Source of the DNA: Candidatus Binatia bacterium
GTDB lineage: Bacteria; Desulfobacterota; Binatia; Bin18
Direction: 5' to 3'
Assembly (NCBI GenBank): GCA_963664395.2
Contig: OY761159.2
Coordinates: 4,448,001 to 4,512,000 of the forward strand
DNA: 64,000 nt
Shown in pieces: positions 9,683 to 18,631 of this stretch; the stretch's first letter is position 1; each line of letters begins with the position of its first letter. The notes beneath the pieces are model-generated. The model worked only from the letters and a program-made list of their open reading frames with translations. It made no database searches and was not told the DNA's origin. The position numbers were made by a program, and so were the translations under genes.

Positions 9683-10445
9683 GTTCGACCAGCTCAGCCG
9701 TTATGCGTGTTCCGGGCAGCAGTATTTTATCGGTGGCCAGACGAACGAGAGGCAGCATCACCAGGCCGGCGAAAGCCAGCGCCCCGAACATCGGCAGATT
9801 GGCCTGCCATGAAAAGAAATCCGCACTGACCGCATAGCGCAAGACGTTTCCCATGCTCAGCAGTGCGCCGGCAAAACTGACCCCAACGGCAACGTTACCC
9901 TTTTCAATCTCGGCGTGAATGCTGTAGGGCGTAATCCACTCATACACCAGACCCGTCAGAACAAGCGCGACCTGACCGAGCGCCCAAAAACCGATAGCAG
10001 TCCAGAGCGACCCGCCTTCGCCCGATATCGCGCCAAAGAGGATGAATCCGGTCGCGGCATACACGCCACCTACCGTAACGCCGGTCCCGATGTTGCGGTC
10101 CTGAATAATCTCTTTGCTGATGCGGAATTGAAAGAGAATCAAGCGATCACTGACCAGCGTTGAGACGTTCAGCAGAACAATGGCCAGCAATCCGTACAGA
10201 AACAGGTCAAGCAGATCATCAACCAGCCCGCCGGACTCGCCCACGATGGAGCCGCCGATGGCGAAGATGAGCCCCGAGTAATAGCCCACTAAAGCGAGGG
10301 CCAGAGCCGTATTTTTCTTCGCGATCAATTCCTCATGAACGTGGAAGTCGCGATGGATAAGATTGAAAATGGCCGTGCCGACCCAGAACAACACATAGGC
10401 GCAGGCGAGATAGATAATGGCCAGAGTGACAGTATCGAGCGTCAT
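9600..10445 (-). CDS. DUF350 (YjfL-like) multi-pass membrane protein, two repeats
   Basis: EELI.KKNTALAL / EIEKGNVAVG repeated motifs; hydrophobic. Confidence 0.85.
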   Translation of the reverse strand: MTLDTVTLAIIYLACAYVLFWVGTAIFNLIHRDFHVHEELIAKKNTALALALVGYYSGLIFAIGGSIVGESGGLVDDLLDLFLYGLLAIVLLNVSTLVSDRLILFQFRISKEIIQDRNIGTGVTVGGVYAATGFILFGAISGEGGSLWTAIGFWALGQVALVLTGLVYEWITPYSIHAEIEKGNVAVGVSFAGALLSMGNVLRYAVSADFFSWQANLPMFGALAFAGLVMLPLVRLATDKILLPGTRITAELVEHEQPNLGAAYIEMFSYIGASFLITWCL

Positions 10446-10460
10446 GACCTATCCATATGC

Positions 10461-11192
10461 TTATTTGCCAAACCCGAAGCCGCGCGACCGGACGGGCACA
10501 CTACTCCGGCCCAGGCGATTATTGAACTTTTGCTGAAAGCGTTGTTGTTTGAGCGCATCTCTGGAGCGGCGGCGGGCGAAAAAGGACGATTTCTTCTGCT
10601 GCGTGACTGTGCCCCGCGTCCCATACTCTTTTCCCGTCCGGCCATAGTACGGCCGTTGCTGCGAGCGCGAGCGTTGATAGGAATCATAGTCATTCCGAAA
10701 GATGGAGCCGCGGCCAACCCCGAGCAGGTCGCGCATGAGCGCGTATTGGCCGTAAAACGCCCAGAACGACGTGCCGCTGCTATTGGTCTGCCACGAGCCG
10801 TAGCGCGAATTGCCAACGTAGTCATAGCCGGGCGGATGAGGGACATTGTTCTCGCCGCCAGGTGTTTTGGAGGCCAGCGTCATGCCCAGAAAATTCTCAT
10901 TGGCACGATAAAAAGATTCCGGCACTTGCAACCAGTCGGTTGTCCAGGAGTTTTTTCCTTGGACAACTTGATACTGATGAAAATACGAAGAGAAAAATGT
11001 TCCCTCCTCGCGCATATCGTCAAGGGTAATGGCGTATTCCGGTACAGAGGCAAGCTGGGACTTCAGCCGGTCAAGCGGGCTGCCAGAGGAGCAAGCCGAG
11101 AGCAGAAAGGCGCAGCAAGCCGCGAGAAGCAGGCGACAGCTCCAAAGCGATAGGCTCCGTCGTTGAAAGGCTATTCTTGTAGTCCGTCTCAT
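10461..11192 (-). CDS. Lipoprotein with Arg/Ser/Gly-rich tail (YjfM-like partner of DUF350/SpeE)
   Basis: Lipobox LSAC; PPGYDYVGN.RYG.W, SFWAFYGQYA; RSRGFGFGK tail. Confidence 0.75.
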   Translation of the reverse strand: MRRTTRIAFQRRSLSLWSCRLLLAACCAFLLSACSSGSPLDRLKSQLASVPEYAITLDDMREEGTFFSSYFHQYQVVQGKNSWTTDWLQVPESFYRANENFLGMTLASKTPGGENNVPHPPGYDYVGNSRYGSWQTNSSGTSFWAFYGQYALMRDLLGVGRGSIFRNDYDSYQRSRSQQRPYYGRTGKEYGTRGTVTQQKKSSFFARRRSRDALKQQRFQQKFNNRLGRSSVPVRSRGFGFGK

Positions 11193-11355
11193 CACCTTGC
11201 TCTGCGCATCCACAATAGGATAACTGTGAAGTAACTTCCTCAGGCTGTCAAGCAAGACGGTCTAGCGTTCTGTTCCCTCGCCCCTGGAACGTATGATGCA
11301 AATACCGTGAAGTGTCGCAAGTCGAAAACGGGACCGGGGGTGCCGGAGCTAGCGG

Positions 11356-11460
11356 AACCCACCCCGCCGCTGACGCGGCACCCCTCCAAGGGGGGGATAG
11401 AAAAAATTCCCCTCTTGGGAGGGGTGGCCCGAAGGGCCGGGGTGGGTTGCCCCCTACCCG
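11356..11460. repeat. Inverted pair of REP-like palindromes
   Basis: aacccacccc..cacccctcc..ggggggg / cccctcttgggaggggtggcccgaagggccggggtgggtt. Confidence 0.8.
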
Positions 11461-11627
11461 CGGCAACAGCACGTCGAGAGTATGTTCATGTACATCACAC
11501 GTCTGGAAGGAGGGCAGGGGTGAGGGGACGATGCAGGGTGAGCTATGACCCGCCGCCATCAACCTGTCCAACGCGCCCCCCACGCCCCTGCTTGCATGCC
11601 GAGCCGCTCTCAGCGACAACAGACGGA

Positions 11628-14600
11628 ATGCCTGGAACAAACACAAAGCTCACAACGGCAGTCGAAACCTATCTGACCGACCTGCAACAGATACGAGCCT
11701 CCGGTGGGGCAACCGGCGAGCGATCCTATTATGGGCCACTGGCGAATCTGCTGAACGCCGTCGGCAATGCCCTCAAACCTAAAGTGATCTGTGTCGGCGA
11801 ACTCGCCGACCAGGGGGCAGGCCATCCCGACTTTGGATTGTATGCAGCCAAGCAATTACAAAAAAACCAGCCCAGAGAAGGCCAGGTTCCCGAACGGGGT
11901 GTCGTTGAGGTCAAGTCCGCCAGTGACGACGCCTGGCTGACCGCAGCGTCCGCCCAAGTCAGCCGTTATTGGGAGCGTTACCGTCTCGTTCTGGTCACCA
12001 ATACGCGCGATTTCGTCTTGGTGGGCGAAGACACTGCCGGTCATCCGGCCACGCTCGAAACCTTCCGGCTGGCACCCACCGCCGAAGACTTTGCACGACG
12101 TTTAGAAACACCGCGCACCTTTGCCCGCGACATCGGCGCCGGGCTCGGAGAGTATCTTTGCCGTGCCCTGTCACACCGGGCCGCCCTGACCGAGCCGAAA
12201 GACCTGGCCTGGTTGCTGGCGTCCTACGCCCGCGACGGCCTCTCTCGGGTCGAGGCAGCAGGAGACGACGCCCCGTCACTTACCGCCGTACGCGCGGCCT
12301 TGGAGGAAGCACTCGGGGTACGCTTCGAGGGCGACAAGGGAACGCGATTCTTCCATTCAACCCTGGTGCAGACCTTATTCTACGGGGTATTCTCGGCCTG
12401 GGTATTGTGGGCACGACAAGTGCCGTCACCGAGGGGGACGTTTAACTGGCATGAAGCCGTCTGGCATCTGCGCGCCCCCGTGCTGGCCGCTTTATTCTCG
12501 CAGCTTGCGCAACCCGGCCGACTGCAACCGCTCGGTCTGGTCGAAGTCCTGGACTGGACATCTGCCGCGCTCAACCGCGTGGACCGCACGGCCTTCTTCG
12601 CTCGCTTCAACGAAGGCGAGGCCGTGCCCTATTTCTACGAACCCTTTCTCGAAGCCTTCGATCCCGAACTACGGAAACAACTCGGCGTCTGGTACACGCC
12701 CACCGAAGTGGTCCGCTACATGGTGGCGCGTGTGGATAAGGCGCTCAAGGACGACCTGCATATCCCGGGCGGGCTCGCTGCGGACAATGTCTACGTCCTG
12801 GACCCGTGTTGCGGGACCGGGGCATATCTGGCGGAAGTCTTGCGCCGTATCGCCGCCAATCTCACCGACAAAGGCATGGGCGCACTCGCCGGTGCGCGGG
12901 TCAAACAGGCGGCTATGAATCGGGTGTTCGGCTTCGAGATTATGCCCGCCCCGTTTGTGGTGGCGCATTTGCAAGTCGGCCTGACCATGCAGGACTTGGA
13001 CGCGCCCTTGGCGGACGACGGGAATGAACGCGCCGGCGTCTTCCTCACTAATGCCCTGACCGGTTGGGAACCCCACACCACCAAGCCGCTCCCCTTCCCC
13101 GAGTTAGAAGAAGAACGCGACCGAGCCGAGCGGGTCAAGCAGAATACACCGATTCTCGTGATTCTGGGCAACCCGCCCTACAACGGCTTTGCCGGCATGG
13201 CCGTAGACGAAGAGCGGGTACTGTCGGACGCCTACCGGGTGACCAAGCGGGTACGGAAACCTGAAGGCCAAGGCTTGAACGATCTGTATGTGCGCTTCTT
13301 CCGCATGGCCGAACGACGGATTGCCGAGAAGACCGGGCAAGGCGTGGTGTGTTTCATCTCCAACTATTCGTGGCTGGATGGGTTGTCGTTCACGGGGATG
13401 CGGGAGCGGTATCTGGAAGCATTTGACGCCATTCGGATTGATTGTCTCAATGGCGACAAGTACAAGACCGGTAAGACCACCCCGGACGGGATGCCCGACC
13501 CGAGCATTTTTTCCACGCCAAGCGACCCGGTGGGGATTCAGGTGGGGACGGCTATCACGACCTTGGTCCGCAAGGCGGATCATGTACCAGCCGAAACCAT
13601 CGGCTTTCGGCATTTGTGGGGGCAGGCGAAGAGGGAAGAACTATTGGAGACGGCGGAGGCGGAACCGGCGACGCTCTATGACGGCATTGAACCGGTGTTG
13701 CCGCTCGGTCTGCCGTTCGTGCAAACAGCAGTGAGTGAGGGCTGGTTCGACTGGCCGGCGCTGCCCGAGCTGTTTCCGGTTTCGTTTCCCGGCGTGAAGA
13801 CCAGCCGCGACGGGTTCCTTGTTGATGTCGATCTTGAGCGGCTCAATGCGCGGACCGGCGATTACTTTACTGCGGACTCGAGTCATGAGGAAATTGCACG
13901 GCGCTACCCGGGCGTGATGAAGACGACGGCTGGGTTCAATGCACGGTCCGTGCGAGACTCACTGCTCTCACGCGGCGGACCGACTGAGGCTGGCTTCATC
14001 CGTTTCGCCTACCGGCCGTTTGACAATCGGTGGTTGTATTGGGAAGCGGATATGGATCTGCTTGACCGTCCACGGCCGGATTATAGGTCACATGTGTTTG
14101 AGGAGAATGTGTGGCTGGTCTTACAGAATAAGGCGCGCCCCGACTTGTCGCCTCCGCTCATGATTTCAGACATCGGAGATCTCAATCAGATGAATAGCGG
14201 TGTGTACTGTGTCCCTGCATGGCTCAGAAACGACGACCTCGGAAATGCTGGTAACAGCGCAGGCCGTCCCAATCTATCAGGTGCCGCCCAACGTTATCTC
14301 GAACACCTCGACTTGGGCGTAGAGGACCTGTTCCACCACGTCCTGGCCGTACTCCACGACCCCGCCTACCACGAGGCCAACGCGGGAGCACTCCGCATGG
14401 AAGGGCCACGTATCCCATTGCCCGACTGGCCCGATAGTGACGCCTCCGAAGCGGCTGAAACCCTCGCCCGCTCTGCTGCACATGGGCGCAAACTGGCCGC
14501 CCTGCTTGACCCTGACACCCCCGTCCCTGGCGTGACAACTGGAACCCTACGCCCGGAGGTCGCCGCTATTGCCGTTCCCGCCACGGTGGACGGGCACAAC

Positions 14601-14993
14601 ATGACCGGGGACGACTTCGCGCTGACCGCCGGATGGGGGCATTACGGAACGGGCGATGCCGTGATGCCCGGCCAAGGGCGGGTGGTCGAACGCGCCTACA
14701 CCCCGGACGAACGCGCCGCGCTGGGGGATGATACCGGCGTGATCGGTCAGACCACGTTCGATATTTACTTGAACGGCAACGCCTACTGGCGCAACGTCCC
14801 TACCAACGTCTGGCACTACAAGCTGGGCGGTTATCAGGTGCTCAAGAAATGGCTGTCGTATCGGGAACGGGGGGTGCTGGGACGGGCGCTGTTGCCGGAG
14901 GAGGTGGGGTATTTTGCGGAGGTGGCGCGGCGGATTGGGGCGATATTGGTAGTAACTGATACGCCAGCGGTGTGGGATTACGCCTCCAGCTAA
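11628..14993 (+). CDS. Single-chain restriction-modification enzyme: PD-(D/E)xK nuclease + N6-adenine MTase + type ISP-like specificity domain (no helicase)
   Basis: HPDFG..VVEVK; GVWYTP; LDPCCGTG (motif I); ILGNPPY (motif IV); YRPFDNRWLY; YKLGGYQVLKKWLSYR. Confidence 0.88.
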   Translation: MPGTNTKLTTAVETYLTDLQQIRASGGATGERSYYGPLANLLNAVGNALKPKVICVGELADQGAGHPDFGLYAAKQLQKNQPREGQVPERGVVEVKSASDDAWLTAASAQVSRYWERYRLVLVTNTRDFVLVGEDTAGHPATLETFRLAPTAEDFARRLETPRTFARDIGAGLGEYLCRALSHRAALTEPKDLAWLLASYARDGLSRVEAAGDDAPSLTAVRAALEEALGVRFEGDKGTRFFHSTLVQTLFYGVFSAWVLWARQVPSPRGTFNWHEAVWHLRAPVLAALFSQLAQPGRLQPLGLVEVLDWTSAALNRVDRTAFFARFNEGEAVPYFYEPFLEAFDPELRKQLGVWYTPTEVVRYMVARVDKALKDDLHIPGGLAADNVYVLDPCCGTGAYLAEVLRRIAANLTDKGMGALAGARVKQAAMNRVFGFEIMPAPFVVAHLQVGLTMQDLDAPLADDGNERAGVFLTNALTGWEPHTTKPLPFPELEEERDRAERVKQNTPILVILGNPPYNGFAGMAVDEERVLSDAYRVTKRVRKPEGQGLNDLYVRFFRMAERRIAEKTGQGVVCFISNYSWLDGLSFTGMRERYLEAFDAIRIDCLNGDKYKTGKTTPDGMPDPSIFSTPSDPVGIQVGTAITTLVRKADHVPAETIGFRHLWGQAKREELLETAEAEPATLYDGIEPVLPLGLPFVQTAVSEGWFDWPALPELFPVSFPGVKTSRDGFLVDVDLERLNARTGDYFTADSSHEEIARRYPGVMKTTAGFNARSVRDSLLSRGGPTEAGFIRFAYRPFDNRWLYWEADMDLLDRPRPDYRSHVFEENVWLVLQNKARPDLSPPLMISDIGDLNQMNSGVYCVPAWLRNDDLGNAGNSAGRPNLSGAAQRYLEHLDLGVEDLFHHVLAVLHDPAYHEANAGALRMEGPRIPLPDWPDSDASEAAETLARSAAHGRKLAALLDPDTPVPGVTTGTLRPEVAAIAVPATVDGHNMTGDDFALTAGWGHYGTGDAVMPGQGRVVERAYTPDERAALGDDTGVIGQTTFDIYLNGNAYWRNVPTNVWHYKLGGYQVLKKWLSYRERGVLGRALLPEEVGYFAEVARRIGAILVVTDTPAVWDYASS

Positions 14994-15217
14994 TCCGACC
15001 TACGGGGCTAGCGCGGTTTACGATAAATTGTAGCCATATCGCTCCGCCTTCGTCATGCCGGACTTGATCCGGCATCCAGGTGTCGCCCATGACCGAAAAA
15101 CAGAATCCGACGTGGCGTAACTTGTATGCCGCTCTCGTCTGACTGGATTCCTGCTTTCGCAGGAATGACGGGAAGCGGACAGCCCCGTATGTCGGCTTAG
15201 CGAAGCGTAATTCCGCA
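14972..15217. repeat. Cluster of REP-like palindromes of two families (GTAGGTCGGATTAG-type; CGTCAT..TCCAG-type)
   Basis: 14972-15003, 15051-15079, 15143-15170 and degenerate 15187-15217. Confidence 0.75.
15094..15175 (+). repeat. 82-bp imperfect direct repeat, copy 1 (copy 2 at 15812-15893)
   Basis: cgaaaaacagaatccgacgtggcg..gctctcgtctgactggattcctgctttcgcaggaatgacgggaag present twice. Confidence 0.9.
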
Positions 15218-15259
15218 TTTCTTGCTGACGCTCCGTACCACCTACTGTAGGGACGCCCC

Positions 15260-15508
15260 TCAATGCAAAGTCTTCTTTGCTTTCTCGAACTCTGACTGTT
15301 GGTCCCGCTTCTCCCGCTTCCGTTGTTCCCGTTGCAGTTTCGCGGTCATTTGTTGGCATTCGTCAGAGTGGTACTTTTTCCCCCAGCGTTCCTTCATGAA
15401 CCGATGGATGCGTTCATCGCAATCGGGCGCGGCGCAAACCCTGAAATCCCAGTGACGGCCCCGGGGGCTCTTTTGAATTTTTGGCATAGCACGATTATTT
15501 ACCGGCAT
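15260..15508 (-). CDS. Small basic hypothetical protein with putative Zn-binding motif
   Basis: CAAPDC...KYHSDEC followed by a charged helix. Confidence 0.45.
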   Translation of the reverse strand: MPVNNRAMPKIQKSPRGRHWDFRVCAAPDCDERIHRFMKERWGKKYHSDECQQMTAKLQREQRKREKRDQQSEFEKAKKTLH

Positions 15509-15523
15509 AGTGCGGCAGTCTGG

Positions 15524-15736
15524 TCATACCGAGATTCTTTGTACACCGACCAGTTCCAGCGGCTGTGGCGCGTCTTCGCCCTCGACCTCAAGCCAGAGGG
15601 TGATTGCCTCTTGCATCCGTTCGAGCAATTGGTCAATGGACGAGCCCTGAGTATGGCAGCCTGGAAGAGCGGGAACACTCCCCACGTAATAGCCGTCTTC
15701 ATCCTTCTCGATAACGATGGTGTATTCAGCGCTCAT
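15524..15736 (-). CDS. hicB: HicB-family antitoxin (orphan)
   Basis: YTIVIEKDEDGYYVGSVPALPGCHTQG.SIDQLLERMQEAI.LWLE; GGAG RBS. Confidence 0.92.
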   Translation of the reverse strand: MSAEYTIVIEKDEDGYYVGSVPALPGCHTQGSSIDQLLERMQEAITLWLEVEGEDAPQPLELVGVQRISV

Positions 15737-15811
15737 TTGGTTCTCCCCTGGGTTGGTCAGTATGGCCCAGTCCAATCGTCCTCTCAAGCGGGCCTGGAAG
15801 CTGGCCCTGAT

Positions 15812-15893
15812 CGAAAAACAGAATCCGACGTGGCGGGATTTGTCTGACGCTCTCGTCTGACTGGATTCCTGCTTTCGCAGGAATGACGGGAAG
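15812..15893 (+). repeat. 82-bp imperfect direct repeat, copy 2
   Basis: Matches 15094-15175. Confidence 0.9.
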
Positions 15894-15897
15894 TGCC

Positions 15898-16113
15898 TTA
15901 ACCGGCGAATGACTTGAGCAACAGTGAAACGACGCCTGCAACAATCGCGCTGGTCATCCACTTCACGACCAACAGTTCCCGTTCAAGGCGCGCAATATCG
16001 GCCTTGGTCGCCAGACTTTCTTCTGACATGGCCTGAGCGGCCGCCCGCGCCTTTTCTTCGGGTGCTCCCGCCGCTATCAGTGCATCATAGAGCTCGGTCA
16101 CCATCATGCTCAT
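15898..16113 (-). CDS. DUF1640-like small coiled-coil protein with C-terminal TM
   Basis: LYDALIAAGAPEEKARAAA..LATKADIARLE..KWM + hydrophobic tail. Confidence 0.75.
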   Translation of the reverse strand: MSMMVTELYDALIAAGAPEEKARAAAQAMSEESLATKADIARLERELLVVKWMTSAIVAGVVSLLLKSFAG

Positions 16114-16220
16114 GGCGCAACTATAGGACCGTTCCTGGTAATGGGCAAGCAGGCATTCTCCCTTGCGTGATACCGATCTTTTCGCTACGACGTGGGCAGT
16201 TTCATTCAAGGAGGGGATTC

Positions 16221-17105
16221 ATGAAATACGGCTTACACTTGGCCGGCGGCGCTTCGGTGTGTGACCGCAAGGTACTCATGGATGTGGCCCGCATTGCCGA
16301 GGAGGAAGGCTGCGACTCGCTCCTCATTGGCGACCATATTGTCCTGCCCAAAACCATTGCCTCGCCGTGGCCGTATGAGGAGTATAACGACGGCAAGCCG
16401 AATTACGATATCTACACCAGCATGGAATGGCTGGACCCCTTCGATACCATCGCCTTTGTCGCGGGTATTACCGAAAAGATTCGGCTCGGCCTGAGTGTCT
16501 TGATTGTCCCCTATCGCCATCCTTTTGATGTGGCACGGCGGGTCGCAACCATCGATGTCTTGTCCGGCGGGCGCTTCATTCTCGGCACCGGAGTCGGCTG
16601 GCTGGAAGAGGAGTTCAATCTGCTGGGCATTCCCTTTCAGCGCCGCGGCAAACGCACGCGTGAATATATTGAAATGATGAAGGCGCTGTGGACCGAAGAC
16701 AGCCCGCGCTATGATGGTGAGTTCATCAAGCTGGAAGAAGACGTCAACGTACTCCCGCGGCCCCTCCAAAAACCCCACCCGCCCATCTGGGTTGGAGGAG
16801 AATCGGTGTATGCCCTGAAACGGGTGGTCCGGTTTGGCGACGGCTGGCATATTGCCCTGCTGACCTTTAACCAGATTCGGCCCATGTTGGAGCAACTGAA
16901 GCGCCTCATGGATGAGGCCGGACGGAATTACGACGACCTCGAACTGACGGCCATGACCGACCCGACCCGGACCACGCCGGACGATATCAAAACCTACCGC
17001 GACCTGGGAGTGAAAGTTTTGTACACCGTTCCGCTCAGCCGCGACCCGGATAGTATCGCTCAGGAAGTCCGGTCGTTTGCCAAGCAAGTTCAGGACGTAG
17101 GGTAA
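16221..17105 (+). CDS. LLM-class (probably F420-dependent) oxidoreductase
   Basis: GDHIVLP, WLDPF, ATIDVLSGGRF.LG.GVGWLEEEF, PRPLQKPHPPIWVGG. Confidence 0.93.
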   Translation: MKYGLHLAGGASVCDRKVLMDVARIAEEEGCDSLLIGDHIVLPKTIASPWPYEEYNDGKPNYDIYTSMEWLDPFDTIAFVAGITEKIRLGLSVLIVPYRHPFDVARRVATIDVLSGGRFILGTGVGWLEEEFNLLGIPFQRRGKRTREYIEMMKALWTEDSPRYDGEFIKLEEDVNVLPRPLQKPHPPIWVGGESVYALKRVVRFGDGWHIALLTFNQIRPMLEQLKRLMDEAGRNYDDLELTAMTDPTRTTPDDIKTYRDLGVKVLYTVPLSRDPDSIAQEVRSFAKQVQDVG

Positions 17106-17164
17106 ATCGACGCAGAATACGGCAGCCCTCACTGGCCTGCCCGCACAATGAGGAGGAGAAGACC

Positions 17165-17578
17165 ATGCTGACACGAGACGAAATGTCTAGCGCGTTCGCC
17201 CAATGGGGTGTTGCCTGGAACGAGCACGACCTCGACGGCGTTATCGATTTGTTTCACGACGAGATTTACTTCGAGAACTGGACCGGTGGCTGGGTCAGGG
17301 GCAAGGAGAATCTGCGTCAGGCCTGGACGCCCTGGTTTGCCAATCATGGCGGCTTCAAATTTACGGACGAAGAGACCTTCATCGACGAAGTTGAACAAAA
17401 AATGCTCTACCGCTGGCAGCTCGACTCCCCCTCGTTCGAGCAGGGCCAGGAGAACAAACACGAAGCCCGGCGTGGGCTCGATATCCTGCACTTCAAAGAC
17501 GGCAAGATCATTCAAAAACTCACCTACTCCAAGACGACGCTTGAACTGGACGGGGAACGGGTACGCCTGACGCCGTAA
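17165..17578 (+). CDS. SnoaL/NTF2-like family protein
   Basis: AWNEHDLDGVIDLF, RGKENLR, GLDILHFKDGKI..K.TYSK. Confidence 0.88.
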   Translation: MLTRDEMSSAFAQWGVAWNEHDLDGVIDLFHDEIYFENWTGGWVRGKENLRQAWTPWFANHGGFKFTDEETFIDEVEQKMLYRWQLDSPSFEQGQENKHEARRGLDILHFKDGKIIQKLTYSKTTLELDGERVRLTP

Positions 17579-17612
17579 TGGCCTCATTAGGACAGTAAAA
17601 GGAGCGTGCAGT

Positions 17613-18554
17613 GTGGCGACATTTTCTCTGGACCAGGTGGAAATTTTCGGGACAGGCGTCCTTCAGGCCGAAGGCGTGGTCATTGATAAAGCTGGCTTAG
17701 TCTATGGCGCGGGTCGCAACGGCATTGTGTATCGTGTGACCCCGGACGGGACAGTCAGCGAAATGGCCCACCTGCCGGAGGGCTCCATGCCCAACGGCGT
17801 GACCATGGACCGCGAGGGCAATATCGTCTATTGCGACCTGGCCAAGCAGGCCGTGCTGCGAGTTTCCCAGAGCGGTCAGGTCTCGTTTATTGCCGACCAA
17901 GTGGGCGACGTGAAGCTCACCATGCCGAATTTCGCCAGCTACGACGCAGAGGGGAATTTATACGTCTCCAATTCTTCGAGCGCTCCAACGCTGGAAAAGG
18001 CGCTGGACGAGCTGGCCCAGCCGGCCCCGAATGGCGCGCTTGTCCGTATCCGACCGGACGGCCAAGGCGATGTCGTTGCCACCGGTATTTACCTTGCCAA
18101 CGGGACGGCCATCGCGCCGAATGAAGACGCGGTCTACGTGCTGGAAAGCACCCGGGACGACTGCCTGCGCATTCAAATCAGGAAAGACGGGTCTTTTGGC
18201 TCACCCGAAATATACTCCAAGGACTTTCCCGCCCTGCCCGACGGGATGGCCTTTGACGTTGACGGCAATCTCTATGTCACGCTGCCGGCCAAGATCGGCG
18301 GCTCACATACGCTCCAGGGTATTGCCCATCAGGGCGTCAACATGGCTCCGGCCCATCAGATCATCAAGGTGGATACCAATGGTCAGTGGAGTCTGTTGAT
18401 TGACGATCCTGAGGGACAAAAGCTGAATTTTCCGACCAATTGCGCGTTCGGCGGCCCGGATTTGCAGGGCCTCTATTTTGCCAATCTGGAGGGCGACCAC
18501 TTCAGTCGAGTGCATACCAGCGTACGCGGGCATCCGCTCTATCATCAACGCTGA
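17613..18554 (+). CDS. SMP-30/gluconolactonase family beta-propeller
   Basis: AEGV, PNG, LANGTA, LPDGMAFD..GNLYV, PTNCAFGG. Confidence 0.92.
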   Translation: MATFSLDQVEIFGTGVLQAEGVVIDKAGLVYGAGRNGIVYRVTPDGTVSEMAHLPEGSMPNGVTMDREGNIVYCDLAKQAVLRVSQSGQVSFIADQVGDVKLTMPNFASYDAEGNLYVSNSSSAPTLEKALDELAQPAPNGALVRIRPDGQGDVVATGIYLANGTAIAPNEDAVYVLESTRDDCLRIQIRKDGSFGSPEIYSKDFPALPDGMAFDVDGNLYVTLPAKIGGSHTLQGIAHQGVNMAPAHQIIKVDTNGQWSLLIDDPEGQKLNFPTNCAFGGPDLQGLYFANLEGDHFSRVHTSVRGHPLYHQR

Positions 18555-18577
18555 GACGGTGCCTGTGCGTTGGCTGT

Positions 18578-18618
18578 CACCCCTCACCCCAACCCTCTCC
18601 CCTTGAGGGGCGAGGGGG
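18578..18618. repeat. REP-like palindrome (CCCTCACCCC..CCCTCTCCC..GGG.GAGGG family)
   Basis: Related copies at 55059-55125 and 63092-63131; lies between convergent genes. Confidence 0.75.
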
Positions 18619-18631
18619 CTGGAAACGGGCC

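Noticed and set aside
11307-11627. N-terminal extension of the R-M ORF
   Set aside because: Translates REP palindromes; the protein-like sequence begins at ATG 11628.
16233-17174. Long antisense ORFs (also 35498-36343, 41310-42164, 47722-48570, 59395-60291)
   Set aside because: Shadow frames of well-supported genes in GC-rich DNA with no recognisable motifs.
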